From IMG/VR virus record IMGVR_UViG_3300025133_009649, positions 87 through 64,086 of that record: a DNA stretch of 64,000 nt, one strand, 5' to 3'. The notes beneath the pieces are model-generated. The model ran no database searches. It saw only the letters and a list, made by a program, of their open reading frames with translations, and was not told the DNA's origin. The translations under genes and the position numbers were made by a program. Below, one piece after another: positions 30,201-39,277 of this stretch. Each line of letters opens with the position of its first letter. The first letter of the stretch is position 1. This stretch comes from a virus. Taxonomy: Duplodnaviria > Caudoviricetes.

Positions 30201-33200
30201 AGCCCCTCCGGCATAATTGATACCGGAGGCCTCCCGGGTGAGGACTATTATAACCTTGCAAATATGTCACCTGGTTATTATTCACTGGTTACTAACCAGC
30301 TGGCTGACATATTCCGTAGAGGCGACGGAGAACATGTGGGTGGCGCCGATGACCACTCGGACGTCAGCGCGTGGTGGATCAAAAATAAATCCCCGGCGAA
30401 GCTTTTATGGGCTTTTATGGAATTAACACTTGGTGAGGCAATTGGTCTTACGGACGAAAGAATAGGAACATTATATCCTAATTTCCCTGGTGCGTTTGCT
30501 GACGGGGTTATTCTTGGTTTGTCTGGCCCCAGCACAGCGGACGCCCGTTATAAACCTCTATACGTGGTTTTTGATCAAGCATACATGGATCCTGGAAGCC
30601 CTCTTTTTGCAGAACCTGCAGCGATGATATCACATTTTAGCGCAAACAAGGACCCAGTCAATCGTGAATTATTCGCCTATCTTTCAGATACCAATAATTT
30701 TCCACAAATGTTGGGATACATTAACGAAGAAGCCTTCGACCACCAGACTTTTGAGGAGGCGAAAAGGCTGACGCTTGATAAGAATTTTAATCCTAATATT
30801 CTTAAATATGATCTCCCTCTTACAAAGTTGGCTGCTAAATCTATCGCTGGCCCGGAGGGCACTACTACCATTAATGCTAACGAGACGATGCAAGAAATAT
30901 TTAAGGCCTTCACTGCCAAGGGCTTAGCTGGAGAAAATCTGGGAGAAGCCGGCGAAACGGCAGGCATAGGAAATATAACTTCACTGATCGAAGCCCTAGA
31001 AGTGTCGATGAGAAATGATAGTTTAATTTATCAAAATGTTCCGAATATGAGTCAAGATAACTTATTAAAACAACTATCTTCTATTAAGGATGCTTTTAGA
31101 ATAGCAAAAGGAAAATTAGTTGGTGCCGAAGAATATAATGTACCGCCTGGTGTTTTATTTGGAGAGGAATCAATAAAAAGTGCATTGTTCGATTTTACTT
31201 TCGCTGATGAGCTGGATTCAGATATACAAGATTTAATAAAAGAAATTTATGATACTGATACTCCCATAATAGAAATAATAAATAATTTCGAAGATTTTGA
31301 TCCGGATAATACTCCATCGGGCCTCCTCGTCGAAGCCCCTGGCAGCACACCAGACTCGCCACAAATCCCCACCGCCGCCTATCAGACTGATCCATTAAAT
31401 ATTAGAGCGCAAATATTTGGACAATTTTTAACTTATAAGTTTTTTGAAAAATATGATAAATATAAAATTTTGTCTGGCAAATTTGAAGATTTGGATGTTG
31501 ATGATTTTAGAAAATCTCTTAAAATAATCCTTTCAACTTATTGTTATAGTTCTTTACAATTCGCATATTCTAATCAAATGTTCGCTAAACTTAAGCGGTC
31601 ACGCTTGCAAGAAAGAGGCTTTATGAAGAAGCTTTGGGACAAGATGTTAAGCAGTCCTCTAGGCGAAAATATTCCTCCAGTTTGCCAAGATGTGTTTGAT
31701 CAATTTGGCACATTATCCAGCGCTCAGGCCCAAGGCACAAATACAGATTTCTTTAGAATAGGGGAAGAAAAAACGCGCATAATTGAATTTTATAAAAAAT
31801 CAATTTGTAAAGACGTTTATGCTAAAAACTCTCCAGAAGAAAATTCTGTTCGAGTTGCTTTATTAGAAGGCATCGTAAAATTAATAGTAAAAATTTATAC
31901 ATTAGAAATGTGCATAGCAAGTATTATTGCTTGGGATAGCTTTGAAATAGGAGAGATTTTTGCAACTGATTTTATGACAAAGGTTATTGTTAATAATATC
32001 AAAGAAGACACTGAAATAGAGAAAATATCGTTATATGCTAAAGAAATAGTTAAAAAGGAAATGGGGGCCGATGATGAAGAAGATCTAGCTGATAAATTGA
32101 AAGATAGAAGCGCGCTAGCTTACATGGTCGGTACCGCTAGCGATGATATAGCTGGTATAATAAGAGATATCTTTAAAAACGAGAACTATGTGCCTATTTC
32201 TACAGACCTTGAATTAGAAATACTTTATAATTCTGATGAGGACTTTGTTAGTAAATACAGAAAAAATATATTACCTGAACGTGGAATAGATCCTAACACA
32301 GAATTGACTCCACATCAGGATCCACAGAGGTTTTTTTCTTTACACCAGGCTGGAATCCCGGATTATGTAGTTGATGTAAGGTTCAAGCAGAACATTTATA
32401 CTATGAATTATGGATCTGGACACATACAAGATCTTTTTGGTGCTGTTGGCCATTGGCCCATGAGTGAGGACTGCTTGAATAAACAAGTTGTAGATGCTGA
32501 TGACGAAATATTAGGAATGAATTCTTTTACATGTGATCCTTTTCGTGTTCGCGCCCATGTCATTAAGACCAGCCGTTCATGGCCGGCCAAAGAGGCCTCT
32601 GAATACATTAATATGTACGGGTTTAATAAGCGCGATGATATAGTAAAGCTAAAAAAATCAAAAAACTTTTTTCATTCTATGCCTTATAACTATTATCAAA
32701 CTGGTCTGAACTACGGTGAAGTAGCCGGCGGGAACCAGGCGGCTGTAACTGCAGAAATAGAGGGTTTTCAAGGTAGCAACGGAGGCGCCAATTCCTTTGA
32801 TAACTATTCTCGTCCACTTCTTGGTGGATCTTTCTTAAACAACCCTGTTGGTCATAACGAGTTCGGTACGGAGGTTGAGCACTCTCTCTGGAACAAGCAA
32901 AGCGGCTTAGGCAACGATCATTTCGGCGGCGCCTTCGAGGATTACTCAGCATATTGGGACCCGGCGATTAACGCTTACAAAACTAGGGTGCTTAAAAATT
33001 ATTATATTCCAGATACGGAACAAAAACAATTTGTAAGAATTAATGATTTGATGAGGACATATCTTGGCGGCGCCGATGCATTCAACAAAGAAATGTTTAG
33101 GCCTTCACAATTTGGTAATTTGTTTAATGGCACATTCGGTAATGTTACTATAGAACCTTACGTAAGAGTAATTGATTATACAGAAGCCGAATTAGACGAA

Positions 33201-36200
33201 ATCAAGGATAATTTTGATGTTAATTTATATAAGCCTGAAGGCGGCGTCTGGGGCACTGATCCATGTGACGCCCCGGTTGCGCAATTAACAACAAAATACA
33301 GCGATTATATGAATGATTTCTTTCTTCAACTTGATTCATGGCGCAACAACAACATATTTAATGCTTATGTTTATGATTTTGTACCACTGTCCGTATGGAG
33401 TCATTTTTATAATGAGGTATTTTTAAAATTGCTTAAGACTTTTGAGGCTGGCATCGTCTCGGGCACGTGCTACGAAGAAGAGGGTACCCCGGAGGATCCC
33501 TGGGAGACCCAGGCCCTGGCCGGCTGCGAGCCGGCCATGCCGAACGAGAATGACTCTACCCCGCCCCCAATGAAAATTATTTTTGATACGTATGGGCTTG
33601 CACCCTTTTTCAAAGAGATAAAATTTGGCTTAAGACTAAGCTATTCTACCACTTTTCCTGTAGACGACCGCGTAGAAATGGCCAATGGATACGGGCTAAA
33701 AGAGTTTATGGAACACAGCTTCGGCCGCGGCACGACTCCGCGGCACGGATGCAAGATCCCGGCTCATGGCTTGAAAAATAGTAAAACTCTTTTTGGCCAT
33801 CGTCCATATTATGTTGAATCAAATGATCCGGAGGTGGACGCCGAGTTGCCCTACCCCATCGAAAGATTCAAAATATGTGACGAAATACAGATACCAATTG
33901 TTGAACTTGAAAAAGCAATTACAACAGTTCCTGGAACAAGCCCTATTAAATTTACAGTTGAGGGCAGCGAAGAATTAATACCACTAGAACAACTTGGTTT
34001 TTATAACCGATCAACTTATAATCTTTTTGATCATAAATATTGGGAAGATTTAATTAATTCTACAGACATACCGAAGCAGGCCGAGGAGTATGATGCCGCG
34101 GCCTTGGACAATATCTGGCAAAGCGAAGAATTATTGAACCAAGCCATGGCCGAAGCAACCGATATCGTCTCGGAGTGCGATCAGCTTTGGGCAAACTATG
34201 AGTTTGATCGCAGAGTTACCAATGCGCACAAAATTTATTGGGCTGCCAAGGAACAGTTTATCCAGCTTGTTACGGCGGGAAAATACTGGGATTGGTCGTA
34301 TAAAGACGAGAATGGCGTGACCCCATCGGGCAACTGGTATGATCATACGATGACTAAATTAGCCAGATATAACAATATGGATCCCACATGGAACGAAACG
34401 ACATGGTCCCTTTCCACCCAGGGTGGATTTCTATTTAGTCCATGGTACCCGTGGTCCATGGCCGACTACAATAACGGCATCGGCCCACGTCGAGGGTCGT
34501 ACGATACTCTCGACTACGGTACCGGCGGCGCGACTGATGCGCGCGAGGAGTATGATTATGACTTCGTCCCGGCCCAGGCGAACTGGGTCGAAATGACTGC
34601 CGGTGGCCAATTACACTGGCCACACAGGGGTGGATTTGATTTTCGATATTATTTAAATCATTATTACAGTAAGTCCCGCGGCGGGGAAGGAATGTCGTCC
34701 ACCGGCTATGTCGACCCCAATCATGTCCCTACGAACCAACAGGCGATCCAGTCCGGCGTTGAGGCTTACTGGACCCCCGCGCCAAATTATGAAACCTGGC
34801 TTAACCAACTCACCGGCCCCGGCGGTGAAAAGGAGGGCTATTGTCTCTATCAGTGTCAGTTTATACGACCCACGCGCCTTGCTCTTGAATCATCCATGAT
34901 CCTCGGCGAAGCGCTCACCGGAATCGACGCGCACTACTACTCCGCCCCGGATCCGACGCTCACGCCGGTACCCCCACACACACTCGAAGGGCCCATGGCC
35001 CACGAGCACAATCCCAGTACATACCACGACTGGACCCACGACCCTCTTATGCCCAGTACCCCTGCCTCCGAGACGGTGATTATCCACGCGGGGAACGACG
35101 TCCCGACGGTGATCACCCAGCCTCGTGGCGCCCCCATCTCGTCCGGGGTATTCTCTACGTACGAAGACTATACCGAAAAATCGATTTATGTTAATGATGC
35201 ACATTTATTCAGCGCAATCTCGCCCGGTAGCTTGCCCCCGGGGGACCCGCTCTACTACCAACTCGTGTCTGAGCAGACCCCTGAAAACGCCAGCGCATTT
35301 TGGAATTATTTAATACATCAGAAAAGATATCCTCCGCCCATAGATACAGAAGATAATATCACCACCTGCTCTGAAAAACCGCTCCTGTGCGAGACACTTG
35401 ATGGCGATGCATGGTTTGCAGAAAATTTTCCTGAATTAGCTCCGTTTTTCCCGAGCATCAAAGTTATCGATATGGTTGCCGCTAACCCTCGTAGCCATGA
35501 CGCTCAACCCACCGAGTATCGAGTTGAGAAGCCGGGCCCCGAGTGCCCCGAGAACCTGAAACCCGCCGATATCTTCGACACTTTAAAGGTTGGCCTCTAC
35601 GACCAGATGGTCCAGGCCTATTACGACAGTTTAGGACAGAATATTTCGTGGAATCCGGGTCCACTGGGAGGAGGTATAGGTCCAGTTTACCAAGGGACTC
35701 TTGGGAACTTTGTTGCGGACTATGTTGAAGAGGGTTCTATGGTTTTTGCTCAAACTGTTGAGTTAGGAAAAAATGAAAATAAAGATGCCATAAAACATTT
35801 AACTACTAATTTTCATCAGTTCTTTTATAAAAATTTAGCTCAAAAAATGGTTAACGAACTTCAAGCTACTCCAGAATTTAGATTAATGTACGAATACTTG
35901 TTTCCAATGAAGAAATATATGTCTTTATCTTTTATGTATGCTAGTGATAGTTTATCAAGATTTGTACCAGACCCAACAGATATATTAGATATAACAAAAA
36001 ATACTTTATTTCAAGTTTTAACGGGAATAGAAAATTCTTTAGATTATACATATTTGCCGGATGAATTAAGCAACTTTTTATCAAAACAATTAAATTCGGA
36101 TGATATTAGCACTCAAGCAAAAAAACCAAGTATGTGGAAAATAATATTATGGATGATAATTCGTACTTCCTTATTGGTTCTTAAGGGGTTTGTTGAGGTT

Positions 36201-37010
36201 ACTGACCCGGCTATTATAATAGCTAAATTTATTATTGATACTATCAATGCGATACAACAAGCCGTTATAGGATTAATCGAATCAGGCATTAATACTGCAA
36301 AGGCTGCGATCAATGCGGCTAAAATGATTGCTGATTCTACTCTTAAGATGGCTGAAATAAACATTTCTATAGCGGCTTCAACAATATCAATGATGATAGA
36401 TCTCACTTTGAAGTTCATGAAGATCCCAGATGAAGAAAGCGAATCAGGATTTGTACAGGAGGAAAATAGTGAAGGCGTGCTGGAAGATGTAACATTAGAC
36501 AAATATGTTGTATTCGACACAGGGGGAGAGGGTGATGACGCAAAATCGATAGAGGACTGGGTAATTTCAGTTACCCCTCTCACTCCATTGATGTATGAAA
36601 AACTGGGTGAAGAAAATGCCACGAAATGGGATGAACTAGGAGTTGAGATTGATAAAGCCAAGGACCTCCAAACAGACTATATCAATGCCAAGAAAGAGAA
36701 AGAGGAGCTGGAAAAGACCGTAAACACAACAATTAAAGATATGGAAGATGCACTAAAAGACGCCAAAAAAACTATGAAAGAAGTATTTGCGTCTCCTTTC
36801 TTGTTGCCTGGCATGTGGGCCGCGATGCTTCCTTCAGCTCATATCTATGGAGGAGGCCTCATGTATCCTCCATTGCCTCCAGTTGGTCCGCCGAGTACAG
36901 TACCTGGTATGATCTATCTTGTTTTGCTTTTCTTGGATGGCTGGGAAGATATGATGCATGAACAATCGCAGTTAGCAAACGAAGATGTTGATTGCGAAGA
37001 TTATCTTTAA
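24228..37010 (+). CDS. Giant 4260-aa protein of unknown function, probably virion-associated
   Basis: Uninterrupted 12.8-kb ORF between the spike-like and gp25-like genes. Has several hydrophobic helices and a C-terminal coiled coil. Confidence 0.6.
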   Translation: MQLEISKNKLKEVQSAVKKWADVAIPMWQKMFQWLLPDDFDYGYSGESVTAPNFSDLILVEDVQAEQLAHYESGLGFLIQINATIKKYHTQKINWDGAPLVNGEVFSNAAWPEQDKINSEWWHEDYCADIVDNLLQDVKVLQNSPLYNTDPQLLTAINLNFDGADLSNKADAVVKAAGEYLSLMGLSFSTKHEISPPPDEVSALSPWTIASDKSLESQFENLRPTSTHYIAFMLDETKSDLDYPDAGPGGYYLPVRYSPWDETNHESDPKEVKDWNDENFRYLTMDGDFFKPGSNASQLANGIELPHGLGVIVTEIINSKTGVWVGFIIDEFDPLTLDSDIAVTNSSWHNKLDDFYKSGDYGWNDPAHKRRVQRFLYTRPEYLRIKQDSKEIGTDNIERSALDPPISDNIVVSEESIAEVTKNLPPALGKINPQDNKNWLTLLPGQVALSYYSFIKQNHKQTEKKNYVVDHTAIINNPSLRYSEGYFYFVVGQSPRMSERDAIALPNETAGDTLEQKKLYASAQSIDLAKDKAWEALLKHFGKDMDEIESNPLIQRLKRSFFVTAASHVNINTTNPNNQNVLFAIRASYIDALPETRKPYFNDFDDTDFAGGRSFSFQFLAKEMGKICSDLTNSLTGIKKKTQAIKANQPWMKDAAGQQFNMKIIEDFLFDSKTTVHSGGSARPGQSLIGGASTAGGFPVLLSNFFKNQVYPRTTKNDYISKLISEAGALILSSNSNPDDPDHVVEIGIRDNGLVGSDVRLTISYILFSPDPKVLKNLGETEEGELTGHFKLFYHDPYITEDEYKTDTIPRSAVPLRIGIPLLRQNLEGVYPSMALHYLLSHSSILSGYKSLEGNDEATPKAWQDYLLRYSVPPIAISAHPRLPKADNINNLSCEELIKTLDKAGNVSGYEQRIIMERIYTNPGCRKEYYRKFKKSTPASDPEMTRKMLESKAAESENLDGKSSSGGVSQQLSRLYNVLLNTLDIEGIIQLLIACIQAKLGIPLTAEAICEAILIEIILALGVDEMAKALYQQAMNDPDNYGPLLDALSKTAPPLDKTVLDIKKMFARAPIASYMALLYKKFDAAGDVDEDGAIVDAAGIPVDRLSWLTLEAISVVKRIEVKKVPVQLVPAGRVNAIAAENWNPDISSGFAELYVDDELFDIAYGHNLSTPNVYTIREINTEKKRMLDLGYSNKETEALLVYDGYLKPKESQIKKYYDNSVPYVVGKQAVESKFHEIITGHRPPGKYAGPGAEECKDAEDFDACVKDLMSEELAKQFLESIKLVIDIQEICVMLVGPMLDGLEDLLRDPFGDSGEDWWDNFVEGLKRQFSFAWPTFGFPDNLPTVSHMGDYGARLLETILTLVVVLLGQILNIIIKEALRNCIEEIDDDSGPANQPYPSGRPPLRIPSLDAIMSDGPIGGPMPFSVLADLMDNILDTLSLSQLCSLLKGEASEQTLYNIMMLARDGADKRTAEIKESFINEGYNEEDAARKAGKPKHWSMLDIKNLFLSIAESPDFPGLDDMCDTLSPTTAMLDDVCTAFYDRDGKAAQLQKAGLTEKEAQKQIDQDLEDLKNKVMLYAPILFPNNNQGIGKSLNAIPDICDIPGAFSIPPGVQHTMELITDNILDSVKGSLIQDMIALRHFAVPSRAMMAVTNPDDLKKAHELFKSSIGKPYKKKAIAFIGNPGYEEMKSLKDIPTYPIIYGINNICFGGYRPGDDGMDDEYLSDAETKENLQFNRVWDSIEAWPSNIFEHEYFKPTTFLRLLANPNFYSKAKWGLGTGIPGVTSKLSLAQKLVTRALSDEPLGENGQPGGDLVAAAIFKAPADTPFIGALNLTDFIKLFWADPVGGEYGGPIVDKLRILINEDFVQDVKPKYLSEMLFEKDHLMAPKISGLTEDKPPSGGPSLNGFIAPPVPWPNTELAWENAKKVHSLNSTLKSIHKNPYVWSNMYKSYTGLPATEEYIQFEKEMEYFTGTTSSPDYEPISLKDREDWSPSGIIDTGGLPGEDYYNLANMSPGYYSLVTNQLADIFRRGDGEHVGGADDHSDVSAWWIKNKSPAKLLWAFMELTLGEAIGLTDERIGTLYPNFPGAFADGVILGLSGPSTADARYKPLYVVFDQAYMDPGSPLFAEPAAMISHFSANKDPVNRELFAYLSDTNNFPQMLGYINEEAFDHQTFEEAKRLTLDKNFNPNILKYDLPLTKLAAKSIAGPEGTTTINANETMQEIFKAFTAKGLAGENLGEAGETAGIGNITSLIEALEVSMRNDSLIYQNVPNMSQDNLLKQLSSIKDAFRIAKGKLVGAEEYNVPPGVLFGEESIKSALFDFTFADELDSDIQDLIKEIYDTDTPIIEIINNFEDFDPDNTPSGLLVEAPGSTPDSPQIPTAAYQTDPLNIRAQIFGQFLTYKFFEKYDKYKILSGKFEDLDVDDFRKSLKIILSTYCYSSLQFAYSNQMFAKLKRSRLQERGFMKKLWDKMLSSPLGENIPPVCQDVFDQFGTLSSAQAQGTNTDFFRIGEEKTRIIEFYKKSICKDVYAKNSPEENSVRVALLEGIVKLIVKIYTLEMCIASIIAWDSFEIGEIFATDFMTKVIVNNIKEDTEIEKISLYAKEIVKKEMGADDEEDLADKLKDRSALAYMVGTASDDIAGIIRDIFKNENYVPISTDLELEILYNSDEDFVSKYRKNILPERGIDPNTELTPHQDPQRFFSLHQAGIPDYVVDVRFKQNIYTMNYGSGHIQDLFGAVGHWPMSEDCLNKQVVDADDEILGMNSFTCDPFRVRAHVIKTSRSWPAKEASEYINMYGFNKRDDIVKLKKSKNFFHSMPYNYYQTGLNYGEVAGGNQAAVTAEIEGFQGSNGGANSFDNYSRPLLGGSFLNNPVGHNEFGTEVEHSLWNKQSGLGNDHFGGAFEDYSAYWDPAINAYKTRVLKNYYIPDTEQKQFVRINDLMRTYLGGADAFNKEMFRPSQFGNLFNGTFGNVTIEPYVRVIDYTEAELDEIKDNFDVNLYKPEGGVWGTDPCDAPVAQLTTKYSDYMNDFFLQLDSWRNNNIFNAYVYDFVPLSVWSHFYNEVFLKLLKTFEAGIVSGTCYEEEGTPEDPWETQALAGCEPAMPNENDSTPPPMKIIFDTYGLAPFFKEIKFGLRLSYSTTFPVDDRVEMANGYGLKEFMEHSFGRGTTPRHGCKIPAHGLKNSKTLFGHRPYYVESNDPEVDAELPYPIERFKICDEIQIPIVELEKAITTVPGTSPIKFTVEGSEELIPLEQLGFYNRSTYNLFDHKYWEDLINSTDIPKQAEEYDAAALDNIWQSEELLNQAMAEATDIVSECDQLWANYEFDRRVTNAHKIYWAAKEQFIQLVTAGKYWDWSYKDENGVTPSGNWYDHTMTKLARYNNMDPTWNETTWSLSTQGGFLFSPWYPWSMADYNNGIGPRRGSYDTLDYGTGGATDAREEYDYDFVPAQANWVEMTAGGQLHWPHRGGFDFRYYLNHYYSKSRGGEGMSSTGYVDPNHVPTNQQAIQSGVEAYWTPAPNYETWLNQLTGPGGEKEGYCLYQCQFIRPTRLALESSMILGEALTGIDAHYYSAPDPTLTPVPPHTLEGPMAHEHNPSTYHDWTHDPLMPSTPASETVIIHAGNDVPTVITQPRGAPISSGVFSTYEDYTEKSIYVNDAHLFSAISPGSLPPGDPLYYQLVSEQTPENASAFWNYLIHQKRYPPPIDTEDNITTCSEKPLLCETLDGDAWFAENFPELAPFFPSIKVIDMVAANPRSHDAQPTEYRVEKPGPECPENLKPADIFDTLKVGLYDQMVQAYYDSLGQNISWNPGPLGGGIGPVYQGTLGNFVADYVEEGSMVFAQTVELGKNENKDAIKHLTTNFHQFFYKNLAQKMVNELQATPEFRLMYEYLFPMKKYMSLSFMYASDSLSRFVPDPTDILDITKNTLFQVLTGIENSLDYTYLPDELSNFLSKQLNSDDISTQAKKPSMWKIILWMIIRTSLLVLKGFVEVTDPAIIIAKFIIDTINAIQQAVIGLIESGINTAKAAINAAKMIADSTLKMAEINISIAASTISMMIDLTLKFMKIPDEESESGFVQEENSEGVLEDVTLDKYVVFDTGGEGDDAKSIEDWVISVTPLTPLMYEKLGEENATKWDELGVEIDKAKDLQTDYINAKKEKEELEKTVNTTIKDMEDALKDAKKTMKEVFASPFLLPGMWAAMLPSAHIYGGGLMYPPLPPVGPPSTVPGMIYLVLLFLDGWEDMMHEQSQLANEDVDCEDYL

Positions 37011-37036
37011 ACCTATTCCTGGTATGATTTTAATCG

Positions 37037-37050
37037 TTTAACTATTTATA
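37037..37050 (+). promoter_or_regulatory. Putative late promoter TTTAACTATTTATA
   Basis: Intergenic 14-mer upstream of the gp25-like gene, identical to 60434-60447. Confidence 0.65.
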
Positions 37051-37079
37051 CATGTATCTAGTATATCAAGAGGAAGCAA

Positions 37080-37478
37080 ATGAGCAGTATAGGGCCAAGA
37101 GTACCTTTGCAAAGGGATCCCGACACATATGGATTTTATCTAGCTGTAACTCAGTATAAAGATGAAATACAACAAAATTTAAAAAATCTTCTTTTAACTT
37201 CTCCGGGTGAAAGAATGATGAACCCCAATTTTGGCGTTGGATTAAGACATTTTTTGTTTGAACCTAGAATTCATAGTATTACTGCTATGAGGCAAAAAAT
37301 TGAGTCTCAAGTGAGAAGATACATGCCGTTTATAAGAGGTCTCAAGGTGCAATTTAATGCTGGGTCTGATCAGGAATATTTAGATAATTCAAATATTTTA
37401 TCGGTTAATATTATTTATGAGATACCAAATTTAAATTTGTCTACTAACTTATTATTACAAAAAGAGGATATTAGTTAA
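37080..37478 (+). CDS. Baseplate wedge subunit, gp25/GPW-like
   Basis: IQQNLKNLLLTSPGERMMNPNFGVGLRHFLFE signature. GAGGA SD. Confidence 0.92.
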   Translation: MSSIGPRVPLQRDPDTYGFYLAVTQYKDEIQQNLKNLLLTSPGERMMNPNFGVGLRHFLFEPRIHSITAMRQKIESQVRRYMPFIRGLKVQFNAGSDQEYLDNSNILSVNIIYEIPNLNLSTNLLLQKEDIS

Positions 37479-37480
37479 TT

Positions 37481-39277
37481 ATGACAAAAGAAGACAAAAA
37501 ACTTATAAGATATACAGATAGAAATTTCAACTCCATAAAAGAAAGTTTAGTAAACTATACTAAAAGGTATTATCCTGATATATTCCAAGATTTTTCTGAG
37601 GCCTCCTTTGGTTCTTTGATGCTGGATACTGTATCTTATGTGGGAGATGTACTTTCTTTTTATTTAGATTACCAAACTAATGAATCATTTTTAGATACCA
37701 CTATTGAATACGACAACATCGTTAGGCATGGGGAACAAGTTGGTTATAAACAACCACTAAGAGCAAACTCTTTTGGTGTGATTACTCTATATGTGTTAAT
37801 ACCAGTTGCTAGTAACGGAACAGATCCGGATGTCGATTATTTACCAACTTTGGTAAGGGGCAGTAAATTTTCTTCTGCTGGGGGACAAATATTTACTTTA
37901 ATCGATGACGTCGACTTTTCAAATTCTGACAACGAGATTATAACAGCTACTTCAAATACCGGCGACGGCGCTCCCACGGCATATGCTGTGAAAGCATATG
38001 GGCGGATTATCTCTGGAGAGCTAAACGAGCAAACAATAAATGTAGGTAATTTTACCAGATTTTTAACAGTTTCTTTATCAGATCCGAATATCACAGAAAT
38101 AGTATCTGTTGTTGATACTGAAGGCCATGAATATTTTGAAGTTGATTATCTTTCACAGGATACCGTTTTTAGATCAGTTACTAATAAAGATCCTGAGACT
38201 ACTCGCTATGTACGAGAAAAAATTGTGTCAACTGCAGTACCAAGGCGCTTTGTTACTTTTAATAGATTTGGACAAATTTTTATAAAATTTGGTTATGGTT
38301 CAGAATCTTCTTTAAAAACGGACAATATAACCCATCCTTCTAATATTGCATTAAAAATGCATGGAAAAGAATATGAAAAAGAAATTGGTTTTGATCCTTC
38401 AAATCTTTTAGTAACGGATAAATTCGGTATTGCACCTGCGAACACAACGCTAACCGTTACTTACAGAACAAACACAATTGATAATGTTAATGTTGCTAGT
38501 AAAGGTGTCAGCGGGGTTACTGAGGCTTTACTCGTTTTCGGAAGTAACGCAACAAATTCTGATAAAATTGATTTAGTAAGGGATAGCCTAGAAGTAACAA
38601 ACGAAAAGCCCATCCTTGGAGACGTTTCTTTGCCAACAGCTGCTGAATTAAAGCAAAGGGTTAACGACACTTTTGCTTCACAAAATCGCGCGGTTACGTC
38701 TGACGATTATGAAGCATTAATATACAGAATGCCGGCTAAATTTGGCAGAATTAAAAGAGCAAAAATTTTAAGGGATCATGATTCCTTTAAGAGAAATTTA
38801 AATTTATATATTTTGTCAGAAGACTCTCATGAGAATTTTATAATTAGTAATCCTCTTTTGAAAAATAATTTAAAGATATGGCTTAACAATTATCGTATGA
38901 TTAATGATACGATTGACATTCTAGATCCTAAAATTATCAATATTAAAATTAATTTTGTTGCAGTAGTCGACTATTCACAAAACAAGTTTGAAGCCCTCGA
39001 CGCCGCGATCGATGAAGTAAGAGAGATGTTTGAGGAAAAATTAGATATTGGTCAATCAATTCAAATTACAAAAATTTATAATGTATTAAACAACTTAGAT
39101 GAGATTGTTGATGTCACGAATGTAAAAGTGGAATATCAAACTGGATCTAGATATTCTGAGGAGACTCTGAATATAGACGACTATATTTCTGCAGACGGAA
39201 GAATTCTTTATGCTCCTGAGAATGTTGTTTATGAATTAAAATATCCGAATCTTGATATCAAAGGAACTATTAAGTAA
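37481..39277 (+). CDS. Baseplate wedge subunit, T4 gp6/baseplate-J-like
   Basis: FNSIKESL...DFSEASFG..MLD..SYVGDVLSFYLD.Q.NESFL and SQNRAVTSDDY. Follows the gp25-like gene. Confidence 0.9.
   Translation: MTKEDKKLIRYTDRNFNSIKESLVNYTKRYYPDIFQDFSEASFGSLMLDTVSYVGDVLSFYLDYQTNESFLDTTIEYDNIVRHGEQVGYKQPLRANSFGVITLYVLIPVASNGTDPDVDYLPTLVRGSKFSSAGGQIFTLIDDVDFSNSDNEIITATSNTGDGAPTAYAVKAYGRIISGELNEQTINVGNFTRFLTVSLSDPNITEIVSVVDTEGHEYFEVDYLSQDTVFRSVTNKDPETTRYVREKIVSTAVPRRFVTFNRFGQIFIKFGYGSESSLKTDNITHPSNIALKMHGKEYEKEIGFDPSNLLVTDKFGIAPANTTLTVTYRTNTIDNVNVASKGVSGVTEALLVFGSNATNSDKIDLVRDSLEVTNEKPILGDVSLPTAAELKQRVNDTFASQNRAVTSDDYEALIYRMPAKFGRIKRAKILRDHDSFKRNLNLYILSEDSHENFIISNPLLKNNLKIWLNNYRMINDTIDILDPKIINIKINFVAVVDYSQNKFEALDAAIDEVREMFEEKLDIGQSIQITKIYNVLNNLDEIVDVTNVKVEYQTGSRYSEETLNIDDYISADGRILYAPENVVYELKYPNLDIKGTIK

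Noticed and set aside
34060-35720. Diversity-generating retroelement, intein or intron as the source of the GC-rich block
   Set aside because: No reverse transcriptase, template/variable repeat pair, intein terminal motifs or homing endonuclease motif was recognised in the window.
24228-37010. Tape-measure protein call for the 4260-aa ORF
   Set aside because: It lacks Ala/Gly-rich periodic helical repeats and is rich in Pro, Tyr, Trp and Asp. No tail tube or chaperone genes are adjacent. Left as unknown.
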